Shown piece by piece: positions 28,825 through 46,189 of a stretch of DNA of 64,000 nt; positions within the stretch are counted from its first letter, which is position 1, and every line of letters starts with the position of its first letter. This DNA comes from the human T2T-CHM13v2.0 reference genome, Homo sapiens: assembly GCF_009914755.1 (NCBI RefSeq), contig NC_060926.1. One strand, written 5' to 3'. Position numbers and translations under genes: made by a program. The notes beneath the pieces were generated by a model. The model had not been told where the DNA came from. It did no database searches and was given only the letters and a program-made list of their open reading frames with translations.

Positions 28825-29166
28825 TAGATCTGGTTGGTGTACAATGGCCTCAGTATCATATTTGGCAGTTGGTGCTGGCTATGAGAGGTGTGGATTGAGG
28901 TGACCAGGCCATGTATTACCAGCAAGGTTGCACAGGTTTGTTTACATAGTCACGGTCTCAGAATTCTCAGGAGCAACAAGACAGGATATACCCCAAAGCA
29001 TTAACACTTTTCAATTCTCTGCTTGTGTTGTTTGCTATTTGTCTTCCTAGTCAAAGAAGGTTAAGTGGCCAAACTTAGAGTTTACATCAGAAGAGACTAA
29101 TCAAAGACCTGGATACAGGAAAGCACAAGCACACTGGAGATCATTACGGCAACAGTCTGCACCACT
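28825..29166 (-). mobile_element. MLT1 LTR fragment within degraded L2-like sequence
   Basis: ggcagttggtgctggcta...ttttcaattctctgcttgtgttgtttgcta...gtggccaaacttagagt...aacagtctgcaccac. Confidence 0.55.
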
Positions 29167-29886
29167 GTACAGTATTTCTTCTTATGCTTAATATTGTGCC
29201 ATCTTCCTAATCTCTCCACATATGAAACTTCCATATATTTTACCTCCTCCAAAGCATGCCCTGAACTTTCCCACTCCCAGTCTTAGTTCATGGACTCCCA
29301 GAGGTTTGTTTTAAAGATGCAGTTTCCAGTGTCTCACTCACATCTTTCAATCCATAATCTCAAACCTAGAACTCAGCAACAGACAATTTTGACTAGGTCT
29401 ATAGAATATTCTCGTGCACAATATAGTTTGAGACCAGGAAAACTTTAAAAATATAATCTATGCATAATATTTTTAACAACCTTGAAACTCAGAGATCTTT
29501 AGGCGATCTATTGATGTTCCTCAGGGAATGCATAAATCTCTTAAGATAGCAAACATTGTGAATGTGGGTATAAAGATCTTTTCAGTGTCCCTCATTTGCA
29601 TCTGGCCTAGCCCGATTCATCTGTATTGCCATTCCTCAGTTGGCTTCTCAGGCTCAATCATCCACCAAAGCTTATCTGTTTACAAGTTTAGAACAATGTT
29701 GCAGAGAACTCTAGCTTTATTCTATTCCTTACCTCATGTCTTCTTCCTTGCCCTTCCCACTTTAGTACTCAATCACAAAACCGTCTTACATTTATAAAGG
29801 AATTGAAGTTGCAAAGTGCTTCTATGTGTATTAACTCATTTGATTCTCAAAAACCTCTTTGTAAAGAATTAAAGTAATTATAAGTA

Positions 29887-33009
<3,123 letters not shown>

Positions 33010-34667
33010 TTGTGGAATATCTGCATTCTATTTTATAAAGCAAGAAACTTAAAGCTTTGTAACCAGTTGGCAATAGAGTCAAAAAAACTCAAGTCTCTTG
33101 ACTTTGTTAGCATATGACTGCTAAACCCTATGGTCTGACTTGAGTCTTTGAAATTTGCACCTATCTCAAAAGTTTTTATTTTTCAAATATGGGAAAACAG
33201 TGGGGGGAAATTAAAATTACAACATTAACACTTAGCTTTTAGTTCTAAATTTGAGATAGTCCACTTTGAGAAATGTATGCTGAAATTTATTATCTACTGT
33301 GAAGGATAGTTGATAACAGAAGTTTCAAAGCAAAGCAATTGCTGCACAGAAAAATGCATTAAAACTTATGACATTAAACGTATGGAAAGGGCTGGGTCTT
33401 TCTGCGGTTTGAAAGTGTCTCTGTTCTGACACTACTTCTGTTCTGTTTACAAAGAAAAGAACAAAATAATTGCCTACAAGTGGAACTTGCTGGACTGTAT
33501 CCGAAAGCATATGAAGCATGCTACGAATCTACATCAACTGTACAAACAATTCAAAAGGATGGTTTTTTACCCAAAGGACTGCATGTTAGGCTGCAAGTAA
33601 AGCTTAGTCAAGCAGGCAGCAAGTGGATTTATTGGTCTCTCGTTAGCGCAACTACACTCTTCTTCTTGTCTTGGGATAACAATATGCAGAATTCCACTGG
33701 AAACCATGTTTCTATAAACTTTGAAAAAAAGATATAGATTGGCATTTCTTGGGCTGTTTACAGTTAGGAATTATATATTTGACAAATGAAAAATCACAAA
33801 AAGTCATGTAGGAGGAAAGGCAACTGGTAGCTCTACTCAAACACTCCAATATCAGCTAAAAAGAAAAAAACCTGAGCATACATGCTAAAGAAGTTTCAAT
33901 ACGCACTGACTTGTCTACAATACTGTGATGTTAAATCTGTGATCTTAGAAATAGCACTTGGATCTTAACATCAACAAATATCTCATGAATTGTTGAGAAA
34001 GAAATAGGTGAGATAGAGACAAAATTTACTTCATATAGTAATTAAATACAGGGGTCAACGATGTCTTGAACTCTACTCTAGGGCATGCCACCAGTGGTGA
34101 CTTTTATGTGCAGAAGACTCTGGCACACAGGCTATATCTGATCCAGAAAGGCATTGCATTTTCACTGTGTTCAGGAGTTTTCCTTTTAAAAACAATAATT
34201 CTGGCAATATAGGGCCTCTATTTCCTCTGTGGTGAAGAATGAGTGCTTCAGTTTGCCAGAATTCCCCACCCAGCCTGCTTCTCTCATTTAAGTTTGCCGA
34301 GCTCCTATGTCTTATTCATACCTTTTTTTGTCCTTGACTTAAGATAGTTAGAGATCCAAGTGCCCTAGCATTTTTTTTTCCTTTCACCCATATAACCTAG
34401 TTGGTAAAAGATTGTTACAAAGATTGATTTGAAAATAAGAATGTGTATGTATAATGATTAAGTTACAAGATATCAATCATTATGTTGGAAATTAAGGCAA
34501 AGACTGGACAAAAACTTACAAAAGAATGGTTAAATACAATATGAGATATCCATAAAATAAAATACAACACAGCCTTAAAATGATTTTTTCAAAGGAACAT
34601 TTGTTGACAGGAAAAGTTATTCTTGAAATACTGTTGAATGAAAGGCTACCAAGAACACGTGGGGTTT

Positions 34668-34876
34668 CGATAGTATGCTGGAGCCAACTCATACTCACAC
34701 ATAGGAACTAGTTGTGCACATCTTGTCTCCTTCTTCAGTGACTTTACATTGACAGCTTTAAATCAACTGTGGTGAGTGTATTTCCAACACAGAAATTGCC
34801 AAATGTTTCAAATCGGGCTTCGTTTTTCTTCTTTTTCTGGAGAGTTTGTCATTAAACATTTGCTAGTACACCACTG
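34668..34876. mobile_element. MER63A-like hAT MITE inside an old L1M 3' fragment (~34530-35150)
   Basis: tagtatgctggagccaactcatact...ttaaacatttgctagtacaccactg termini. Confidence 0.65.
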
Positions 34877-34887
34877 GGCATTATCAA

Positions 34888-34954
34888 ATATATATATATA
34901 TATTATATATATACGTATATTATATATATATTCACACACACACACATATATGTA
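34888..34954. repeat. (TA)n(CA)n microsatellite
   Basis: Direct read. Confidence 0.85.
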
Positions 34955-35742
34955 TTTTTTAAAAGTTAGGAAGATATATATGAACACAAGAAAAGGGTAA
35001 AGGCAGAACACCCTTCTCTAAAATATTAATAGTGGTTGTTTGTAAGGGTGGAGTTATGTTTTCCTTTTCTGCTATTTGCTTGTCTTTCTTCAGCAAATGC
35101 ATGTCTTTTGTAATTTTGTAAAGTAATGCAATATGTTTAAATAACAAGTACTCCTTTTATAGCAAACTTACTAAAAGGCAACTATTTACCTAGTAGTTAT
35201 TTCTACATTTATAAATTTGTCAAATTCTGTCATACCCTTGAAAACGCCTAAGATTTATCTAGGATTTAAAAAAATCACAATCCACTTTCACCTATTGCTC
35301 TGAAAATTTTCAGTAACACCTAAAATTCAATGGATCAGCTGTAAGGAGGGAAAGGCTACAGAGGATAAAGAGAACATTCTTCTCTCAACAGTGCTCAGGG
35401 CTCTGAGAGAGTCTGGTTTTGGAAAAAAGGCCTAACTCTAATAATCAGAATGGTTTTAGATAACCTGGAAGTGCTAAAATTGGCCTGGTTTCAAGGTTTT
35501 TGGAATGTATCAGACCAGCAACACTGGCACTACCAGGTGGACAAAGGTAGTCAGGATAGAACAGGCATAAGCATTTGCATTATTTTAGTAAGCTTTGTGA
35601 TGGCTTCCTGCCTGATTACTTCTGACATCAGTATAGAGTTGGAGTCTAGCATGTCCTCTGCTAGACCTGGACTTGATAACTCAGTGTATGTTGTGTATTA
35701 ACTATATGCCCAAGTTCCTATATCTAAATGCAAATTTGTTAG

Positions 35743-36083
<341 letters not shown>

Positions 36084-38129
36084 TATATAGTTCTTAAATA
36101 CAAATATATTGGGGCGAGGAAAAGTGATCACAGGTGCCCTGAAAACCTTTTAAAAATGCCTTTAAAGTAACATACCCAGTTAAAAAATTTCAAAAGTTTT
36201 GTGTGCTAATGTATGTGTGTGTCTGTGTGTGTAAATCTTTCTCTATTGCTAGAAGTATGTAGAAGTAGAGAAAAACTGGTAATAGTTTTAAGCAAGGTGA
36301 AAAACATGACATCTTTATTTAGAATCTTGATACTATAAGCCTTTTTTTCCCTGTTGGGTAAGAACTCTTACATTTTTGAATTTTTACTTTCACTAATCTA
36401 AATTCAACCTTCAGAGAATTAGCCTTAAATTTGTATCCCTGAAATGCTCTCTAGTGGCTGGCATGGGAGTTCACAGTCCTGTGCACTAGTGGTTCTTAAA
36501 TAACCTCAGGGAATTCTTGTTTGTTTGCTTGGTTCTTACTGTTTGGCTAAAATTTCTTATAGAAATTACTTTATCTTTCTGTATTCCCTATTTGGTTTTC
36601 ATTGACTGTGCTGCTTTTTGCCTCTTGTCATAATTATCCGTAATGTTGAGTCAATTTTGAAAGTAAGCTCAGCTTTGCCCTAGAGGTGGCAGAATTTCTG
36701 TGGTGGGTAAGTGAAATGATTGCTCCATATAACTTTATAAAGTGTAAAGACCTCTGAGATGAAAGGAGCTATATAAATGTAAGGCTGTCGTTTTAAATTG
36801 CCATTACCGTTTGAAATTCTCAAGAGAAGCATTACTGAAATCTGGCGTATGCACCATATTAGATTGCTTAATATCATTAAAGCATGTGCAGCAAATGAAA
36901 ATACCAATTTCCTCTCATATGTAGCTCATGTTTAAGGCCGCATATCTAAAGCTAGCATGTTTCGCAGATCGTTCCAGCATTTTAATACTCACTGAAGGGA
37001 GCAGGAGCTAACAAAATATGAAGACAATGATGTTTCTCTTGCCTGGTGATTGCTTGTTTGTGTAGGTTTGCATGTGAAAACAGAAACAGATTTGAGACAT
37101 TAAATGAAAGGAGAAATATACCAGAGAAGGTTTGATACGACCAGCAGAGAAGCATGGACAGAAACATATAAAACATATCACTATATGATTTATGTTAAAC
37201 TTTGGCAGTAAGGAACCCCCAAACATACATTTACAATAGCAGAAAGGCATTGAAAGAACAGAAAAATTACTGGCAGTGAAAATGACCTTCTCTCTAATGT
37301 GAGACAAGCTGTTCTGGTCTCCGTTTGCAAGTTTGTTTTAGGAAAGGCGAATGCTCCGTATTATTGGAACCACGAACAACCTAGCAAGACTGAAATGCTA
37401 AGAAATAAGCAAGTGAGAGCGAGGCATCAGTGGCAAATTGGAATCTAAGGCCTTTTGTGCTTGTTAAATGGTGGAATGATTATAATTGGAAAAAGTGATG
37501 TGCATTAGTTCTGAGTGAATGTACAAGAAATGACAAGCGTGTAACTTAATGATTACTTCACAACACTCAGGACTGCCTTCTAGTCTCGCACCGAAGAGTT
37601 CAGCCCTACAGCAGAGAAAGCCACATGCTTTCTCCTCCTATTCATGAGTATTCTCCACAGGTCACATGGAAATAACCCTGAAGTGATAACTCTTGGTTTA
37701 GGAAGTCTGTTGCTTAAACTAGTGTAAGTCATTGTGACAAAGAATGGCGGGATATATTTTTTCTTTTCCTTGCAAACCATTACAATAACTGGCAAGCAAA
37801 TGGGCAGGACCTTGTTTTAAAGGAAATAGTATATGTTTACTCTCCCAGGGGAAGGAAGGATATAAAAAAGTTTTCTGAGAATCAAATCTAATATTCAGAT
37901 GAGTGAGAATGTATCATCTTTCTCTTCTCTTCATACTGTGTCTATGCAGTATGATTTCATAATAGCTTCAGAAATACATTTTTACTTTCTCTGAATGAGA
38001 AAATCTGGACTGACTGGAAACATTCATTTGATGAAATAACTCATGAAATGTTGGGATCCTTCGGCTCTTACTAATGTAAACTTTTTAAAAAGTAATTTTG
38101 CAGAGATTGTCAGTAGGAAGGGAGGTTGA

Positions 38130-38300
38130 CTACAAAGAAGCAGGAAAGGGATTGAGGGGGTGATGATGAAACCATTCTGTATCATTGTGGTGGTGGCTAC
38201 ACAACTCTTTATGTGTTCGTCAAAATCGTGGAACTGAATACCACAAAGAGTGAATTTTACTGTATGACAGTTAAAAAGTGAAAAGGTGAAAAAAATAATT
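38130..38300 (+). mobile_element. Old L1M 3'-end fragment
   Basis: gggtgatgatgaaaccattctgtatcattgtggtggtggctacacaact...aaagagtgaattttactgtatg. Confidence 0.75.
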
Positions 38301-40000
38301 TTCAAAATATCTTTACATTGAGAAACATTGTTGCAATTTTTACAACCTGAAGCACAAATAATAACAACATAAATGTTAATAATAGAGTCAAATTATTCAC
38401 TTTGATTTTTATATGAAAGTGTTAACATGCAGTTTCTGTTTCATTTTTTCTTGAGGACTGGTTCTGAAATTTGCAGCTTAGTAAGCTTGCCTGGATGACA
38501 TTTTCCTAAAACCCAAACAAAGTCTACTGGTAGTTATAAACACAGCTTAGAGACTGGGATAAATTTGAGAAAAACATTACTTACCAGAGGAAAATATTAT
38601 ATAAATGACAGATGTATAAAATTCTTTCACATGTCATGTAAAGGTTGAGGGTTATTCAAGAGTTGTACTTAGAGCTTGTGTATGTTAGGGGTACCTCACA
38701 AATACTTACATTGAAGTAACTTCATTTGTCACTAGATGGTGTGTGTTGTGACACAGTCAAATCAGGAATGCTTCATTGAGGCCTACTTTGGATCTAGTCT
38801 AGCAAGAAATCCTAAACTAAAACCCAGGAAAGTCATAGTCATATTGTACTCTCCTTAATTAAAGTTACATATACCTATATATTTTTACAAACATGTCTAC
38901 AACAACATATCATCTCTAAAATGCTTTGCAAACATTTTGAAAAGATGTTCTCTTCTATTACTTTGAAAGCCTCAATAATGTTCTGTGTTGCAAAGTTTCA
39001 CAAGAAAGTTCTTTATTATCTTTTTTTGGAATGTAATCTTCATTTAGATATATGATTTACTGTGGAAAGGTTTAATAAAAGAGCTTTTTTTTTTTTAACA
39101 TCTATTAGTAGGATGGAGCAAAGATAGTTACAGTGAAGAATATATTATCAAGACCACCGTGCAGGTAATATCCTGCATACTGAGTCTAATCACCCATTTA
39201 AGTTAAAGTAAGAGTTGTTAAGAATATAGAGAATTGCATTCTAATGATTAGTGATGAGAATCACCTAGATAATGAAATTAGTATTGAGAAACATATTTTT
39301 AGGCAGAATGATTATCCTGGGAGATTGATTAAAAGGATAATTGAAGAACAACGTAACCTTTTTCATAGTTATCAGGTTGAACTTGTTTAAGGTAATTTAT
39401 CATAATAGTGTAGCTATGCCAAATCACAAAAGGACTGACCACTGTTGGAAAAGATGTTTGTTATATATTAGTCCAGATAAGTTGTCATACCAATGAAATA
39501 TCTCCAATAAAAAGGTGGAGAATAATAAGTTTAGCTGAACAATATCTCAAACTATCTCAATAACTTTCTAGAAGCAGCTGAAATGTAAAAGTAGTTTGCA
39601 ATGTATAAAAAGAGGGTTGCTAACAAGGAATCACAATTTAATGTCTCAGTCTTTTAGTAACAACAGAAGAAGCTGCTGGTTCAATCTTCTCGGACTATTA
39701 ACGAGGACTGCATGATAATAATTTCCTTTCTTGCATATAAAACAAAAATCTAGTTTTCAGTTTTCATCAGTTTTATGAATGGGTTGACAGAGGAATTAAT
39801 TAACTAATTAAAACTGGAACATAGCAAATGGCAAGGCTTCCTTTGCAAAAATTTGCATTGGCCTTATACCTTTTCTCACCAAGCTTCTTGCCACTTTTAA
39901 TTTCGGATAATTAAATTGCTATAATTTCTATGTTTCTTTTTACATTTCTGGTTTTGAAATTAACATATAGTAAAATTGACATTTTTCTTTAAATTAATAC

Positions 40001-40110
40001 TTTTTTTAACTTTTAAGTTCAGAGGTACATGTGCAGGACGTGCAGTTTTGTTACATAGGTAAATGTGCCATGGGGGTTGGTTGTGCAGATTATTTTATCA
40101 CCCAGGAATT
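40001..40110 (-). mobile_element. Short older L1PA 3'-terminal fragment
   Basis: ttttaagttcagaggtacatgtgcaggacgtgcag...ttgttacataggtaaa...cagattattttatcacccagg. Confidence 0.85.
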
Positions 40111-40468
40111 AGAGGATTTATTAGGGAGAAATGGGTTACATGATTACAAGGAGAAGTCCCACAATAGGCCATCTGCGAGCTGGGGAAAGAGCGAAGCCAG
40201 TCGTGACTCAGTCCAAGTCTGACAGCCTCAAAATCAGGAAAGCTGATAGTGTGGCTTTCCGTCTGTGGCAAAGGCCTAAGAATCCCCAGTAAATCAATGT
40301 TGCAAATCCCAGAGTCCAAAGACTGAAGAAGAGCCTGGAGTCTGAGGTCCAACAGCCCATATGGGAAATGGTATTTTTCCCATTCCGTGTTTTCTAATCA
40401 AGAGGTTTGAATGAATATAGGTATATTTATTTACATTTTGCCAGTCTCTCTGGAGATATCCTGTAGAG
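40111..40468 (-). mobile_element. MLT2B-like (ERVL) LTR, partial
   Basis: gaagtcccacaataggccatctgcgagctgggga...ctcagtccaagtc...cccagagtccaaagactgaaga. Confidence 0.8.
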
Positions 40469-40813
40469 CAGGAGTCCCCAACCCTCATGCCGCAAACTGA
40501 TATGGGTCCATGGCCTGTTAGGAACCAGGCTGCACAGTGGGAGGTGAGCCCCAAGCCAGCAAGCATTACCACCTGAGTTCTGCCCCGTCAGACCAGCGAC
40601 AGCATTAGATTCTCAGAAGAGTGGAAACCCTATTGTGAACTGCGCATGCAAGGGATTTAGATTGCACACTCTTTTTGAGAATGTAACTAATGCCTGATGA
40701 TCCAAGGTGGAACAGTTTTATTCTGAAGCCATCCACTCCCCGAACCTCCAATCCATGGAAAAATTGTCTTCCATGAAACTTGTCCCCTGTGCCAAAAAGG
40801 TAGAGGACCACTT
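40469..40813 (+). mobile_element. MER1B
   Basis: caggagtccccaaccc...ggcctgttaggaacc...ggaaaaattgtcttccatgaaac...gccaaaaaggtagaggaccact; degenerate TSD ctgtagag/ctctacag. Confidence 0.9.
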
Positions 40814-41252
40814 CTCTACAGATAACCTCCTATCCAGCTATGACTAATTAGACAAGGTGTGGGCTCCTGCCACAGGGCCGTCACGTAACCTTACTCCTTA
40901 GGGTAGAATTAATTGGCTCAAAGATAAAACTCTAAAGAATGCTGGGTTATCATAGGCTTTTGTAAGGTTTTATTATTTTGTTCCAATAAGAATCAGGCAA
41001 GTATATTCAGTTCTTCTCTCCCAGTGAAACTATGTAGCCTTAGAGGACTGGACATGTCCTCTCACATATGGAAGAAATAGTACAGTAGGAGGAAAAAGAA
41101 AGTCAAATAATGTGTACTGGGAGCAAAAGGTTCCTAATACCACTTGTCCCTATGTGTTGGCTGCTACCTATTGGTTTAAATGTGTAAACTCATATGTGTC
41201 CCTTTTGCATAGGTGAATTTTCTTTGGCTTTCAGTCACTTGCATCAAAAAGG

Positions 41253-41620
41253 AATATAAATAATATTTAGAATCTTGTTTTGTGTTGTTTCTGAGATAGC
41301 AAGAAGCTCTCTATTAAATGATGCAGTGAAAGAGTAATAAACGACTAATAGGAGTACAACTACACTTACTGTAAATATAAATAATATTTAGAATCTTGTT
41401 TTGTGTTGTTTCTGAGATAGCAAGAAGCTCTCTATTAAATGATGCAGTGAAAGAGTAATAAACGACTAATAGGAGTACAACTACACTTATTGTAAATATA
41501 AATAATATTTAGAATCTTGTTTTGTGTTGTTTCTGAGATAGCAAGAAGCTCTCTATTAAATGATGCAGTGAAAGAGTAATAAACGACTAATAGAAGTACA
41601 ACTACACTTATTGTAAATAT
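41253..41620. repeat. Tandem repeat, 3 x 121 bp, near-identical
   Basis: Units start at 41253, 41374 and 41495; only two differing positions. Confidence 0.97.
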
Positions 41621-41869
41621 TTATATTTTATGCTTTCATTTTATTGTATTGTACATGTAATACGGTATTATTATATCCCATGATATATATTATATTTTGC
41701 CTATTTCTGTAAAGCCTTAAGTTTGTATTCTTAATGATGTTTATTAAGCACATAAGCTCCAAGAAGGTAAAACACGAAAATGCTAAAATTACTCTTTATA
41801 GTGGCTATTCATACTCTTGAGGATGCTTATTGTTTGAGAAAACATTGTGGAGAACAGCAAAGTTTCAAT

Positions 41870-42275
41870 TCTTAGTCTAACAAATATTTACTATGTACCT
41901 ACTCTGTGCCAGACAGGTGATAAGCAACATAGAAAAGATTATTGCATTAGGGAAATTATAAGCATGTTCTATAAGACAATAAATGAGTAAGCAATAAATA
42001 AACTAGATTATTTCAAATGTTGCTAAGTGCTATGAAGGCCAGATATGACAGAGACCTAATGTGACAGAGAGTAACGGAAATGGAAGAGTTTTGGACTGGA
42101 AAGTGAGGAAAGGCTTCTTTGAGAAGGAGAAAGGCAGGCAGACAATGGAATGGTAAGAAGGAGCTAGTCTTTGGGAGAGCATTCCAGATCCCGAAGCTGT
42201 AATGAACTTGGTATTCCGGGGAAACAGAAAGCTAGAGAGGCTGAATTATACTAAAGGAGGAGGAGTGTGATACAA
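41870..42275 (-). mobile_element. L2 3' region
   Basis: aacaaatatttactatgtacctactctgtgccagaca...tgctaagtgctatgaag...ggaaaggcttctttgagaagg. Confidence 0.75.
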
Positions 42276-44359
42276 ATTAATAATACTATAGCTGGTCCCT
42301 GGACTAATAGAGGAGAGAAACTAAGAAGAAATTTGAGAAATAAGAATGCCCCTGAGCACTCCTAAAAAGATTCTTTGATTAAATGAATCTGAGACAGATA
42401 GAGAATAGAAAAAAGTCATTCTTAGTTATGTGTTTTCATCTTCCTATAGTTGGGATTGTCTTCCAATTATAAAATTAGCAGCTCTTTGTCAAAAGCTTTA
42501 TCTGCTTGGAAACATTTTATAAACACCTCCCAGTGTTCTTTACATCACCTAAATTGCCCTCAAATATCCTCAACATCATGTAAAACGTGATGTTATTCTG
42601 TACTTCCTTGCCACAACTTGCTAGAGTCCTGATAGAGACAGAGCCCTAAACTCTAAGAATGTCAAGGTGGGAAGGAAGCTTGATCGGCTGATCTTGTGTT
42701 TGTCAATGAGGGGCATGCATCAGAATCCTTTATGGAACATTTTAAGATTATGCAACTGAGCTCCACTTTCTAAGACTATGATTCAGACAACCTAGGCATG
42801 AGATCTAGTAGTGTATATAGCAATTAAACAGTTTTAAAGCTAGAAGTGTTACATATTCCTAATTGAGAGACTCATTTTTCAGTAATAAAAAGAGCAACCA
42901 GAGTTAGAACCAGAACTTTTACCTCCTGATTTTGAAGTTTTCATCACCTTCCCCCCCAATTGTACATTTTATTCTTCCTAACAGTCTGTATTGAATAGTT
43001 ACAAAAAATGGACTTATAGCCCAAAGATTCCCACTTTAATTTTCTTTAGCATCTTTGGATCATGCAATTTTAGAGTTAGAAATCTTTGCAACATCAGTTA
43101 TCAGTGTGGGCAGTCAAAGAGAAGAAAGGAAGAAAAAGGACTTGAGTAGTCCAAATAGATGAAATTATTTCCCATGGTCATGCAAGTTTCCCTTAGGCCT
43201 ACTCTAGGCTTTTGACCACTTTTGTAACTTTTCATAATGACCCAGTGTAGAGAAAAAACATGACATATATTTGACTAGTATGGAAACATTTGTGGATTGA
43301 GGAAGTGGAGAAGAAATGGTGTTTACCCTTCAACAAAACCTAATTATAATTATGCTTATTAGTTAATGTGCATAATGCCATTCTTCTTTTACCTAGACAG
43401 GGACTAAACATTAATTTTTTTCTGAATGAATAATTCTCACCTTGTGTCTGAATACTTAAAGTGACTTAAAATATAGAGGGTTTTCTATGCTGGACCAAAT
43501 TTCCTAGTCTCTTTTTGGCTGTCACTTGTCCCTGCCTCTGAGAAATGAAGTATAAAAGCAGCTAAGAGTCTGCTCATTCCTCTGAAGCCAGAGGTAGAAG
43601 CTATTTGGAAGACATTTTGTTTCATCTCTTTTTAAACTTCTTTAAAAATATTTCTAGAGAGGGTAGCTAATAATAAGATAGGTAGGTGGACGCCAGGGAG
43701 TTAACTAAAATGTTCAGAATAGCACTGAGTACAATCACATTTAAAAATAGAGAGAACAAGCCAGGAACAAAACCCCACTAACTCAGTATATCTAGTTCAG
43801 ATGTGGCTAATGTCCCTATTTAGCATCTTCAAGTTGCTCACATTTTCCTCAGCAAACTAAGAATGCGTCTCTAGCACTGCGGAGCCTGCCAAGTCCAAGG
43901 ACATGGGAATGTGAATTATCAAACAAGCTGGGGATGAAAGGTGCTGAAATCATCTTTTTAGAATATTGCCAAAAAGCAGCTTGAGTTTTTAGGGTGCTAA
44001 TTGCTGAAATATGTTTTAACTTCCGAATTCATTCTAAGCTTGTGACCCACTAACCAAAAAGTAAGAAGGATGTTGTCAAAAAAAAAAAAAAAAAATTTAA
44101 AGCCCAGCAATAAGAGGGAGCAGGGTAAGGAAGGCTTCCTGGAAAGCCACTTTATACCAAAAGAAGTGTATTTTATATGTGCCATATGGCTACACAATTA
44201 TAATTGACCACCACAGTAATTCAGTCCTTTACTGATTTTCTCAGCCTATGTCTTTTCTGAACAGGGATAGGTTAGCCACGATCTTGAAAGTGAGGCAATT
44301 TGATAGCCAATTTGAATTCATTGTTCTTCTTATTACTGTATCTCTTAACTTTTCTCAAA

Positions 44360-44562
44360 AGTTATATATGCCCTTTACCTCATTTCAACCTCACAATAAT
44401 TTATTAGAGCAAGTAAATATCTCTATGTTTTTCTGCAGATGAAACTGAGGCACACAGAGCTGGAATAAGTTGCCTTAAAAATAATATCTCTTGTTAGGGG
44501 CAGAATCTGAGCTGAACTGGAATCTCTTGCCTCACTGTGAGACTATTCCAATCCATACCACT
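44360..44562 (-). mobile_element. MIR
   Basis: ctcatttcaacctcacaataa...gatgaaactgaggcacacagag...aagttgcc. Confidence 0.75.
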
Positions 44563-45306
44563 GTCACTAGCCTTAAAGGTTCCAGGAATATATTACAAAA
44601 AGAACTTGGAGAAGTTTATTTTGATTTTTGAAAGAAAGCTCCAGCTAAATGATATTTCTGAAATAGTTTATTAGACAGCTCTGTGAGAAAGGAGCAGTAC
44701 CAGATAAGGGTCTCTTTCAGCATTATGAATTTAATATCACAGAGGGATTTGCAGGATGAAATTATCCAGATTCACTGCAGACACAAGCAGGCAGTCACTA
44801 AATATATGAATTAATGCTCAGCTCTGGATTGAGTAGATATAAATCGAAGTGTTACTAGTCAAATATACCTGAATGCCTTATTTCTGTTTAATTTATTGGA
44901 GAAGTTTCATTTTAAATGTGACATTTCCTCATAACACTTTCTAAAAAAGACTTCTGAGGCATTTTCACACACAAGATATGGTACTGGAACTTCACTTTGA
45001 AAAACACTCTTTCTAAAGCAAAACTTTAGAATTGATTAGTTAAAATAACATATGAAAGGACGGAACCAACTCCCAATTACCAATAATAATTAACTTTGTA
45101 TTTTTGTAAGATCTGTGTTTAAATTTTATTCCAAAGATAGAGGCTCTGTTATTTAGCTAAAGAAAAGGTAGGAAAAATAGCTGGTTGAGAGATCTCTATA
45201 TGTTCACACTTTGATCCACCCTTTCTGCTCCCAATACATAATACCAGGTAAAATTTGAAAGGAGAAGACCAAAATATATATCTCTGCTTTAAAAGAAGAC
45301 AAACAC

Positions 45307-45576
45307 GGCTGGGCGCAGTGGCTCACGCCTGTAATCCCAGCACTTTGGGAGGCTGAGGCGGGTAGATCACAAGGTCAGGAGATCAAGACCATCCTGGCTA
45401 ACACGGTAAAACCCCGTCTCTACTAAAAACACAAAAATTAGCTGGGCGTGGTGGTGCATGCCTATAATCCCAGCTACTCGGGAGGCTGAGGCTGCGGTGA
45501 GCTGAGATCGTGCCACTGCACTCCAGCCTGGGCAATAAGAGCGAAACTCTACCTCAAAAAGGAAAAAAAAAAAAAA
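45307..45576 (+). mobile_element. Alu with ~32-bp right-arm deletion and mixed subfamily diagnostics
   Basis: ctcgggaggctgaggc|tgcggtgagc junction; TSD aaaagaagacaaacac / aaaagacgacaaacac; tt/aaaa endonuclease site. Confidence 0.93.
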
Positions 45577-46189
45577 AAAAGACGACAAACACTTCTTGGA
45601 GACAGTGGAACAGAAGTGCAAACTGGTGAGTAGAACTGAGGCCTGTTGAACTTAGGAGTTCAGGTACAGGGGAACAAGGTGGGTTAAAAGTGTTTCATCT
45701 GGGGCAATAACAGGACATGGGAAGTGGATTCACTGCTTCAAGCCAGGAGCTTAGGCAGGAGCCCACTGCCCCATTCATAAAATGAGGCTAAAAAGAAAAA
45801 AAAATAGAAAAGGAACAGTTGCTACACACTTCCCGAGGAGATAGGAGGGCACAAATGGAGTCCCAAGATCAGGAATGAACAAAACTGTGTAACTTCTCCT
45901 TGGACATGTCTACCATGTCCTTAATATCTCCACCGACCAGGTACATGAAAGGATCATTGAAATACTTGGTTCCAGATCAGAAATCCAAGGAATTGTGCAG
46001 GGTCAACCATAAAAACAATTAGAAAGGTAAATGAGGATGGGTGCATAAGAAGCTTAAGGAAGAAAACAAAGTTAACAAAATAGTTTCAACACAAAGTAAG
46101 TCAGAAAACAAACATCTCAAACATATAAAAACATCTAAGTTTAAAAGAGATTTTTAAAATGCTAAAGTATTTGATCAGAAACTCTGAAA

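Noticed and set aside
38729-38742. CTCF-like tcactagatggtgt
   Set aside because: Two mismatches at informative positions; expected by chance in 64 kb.
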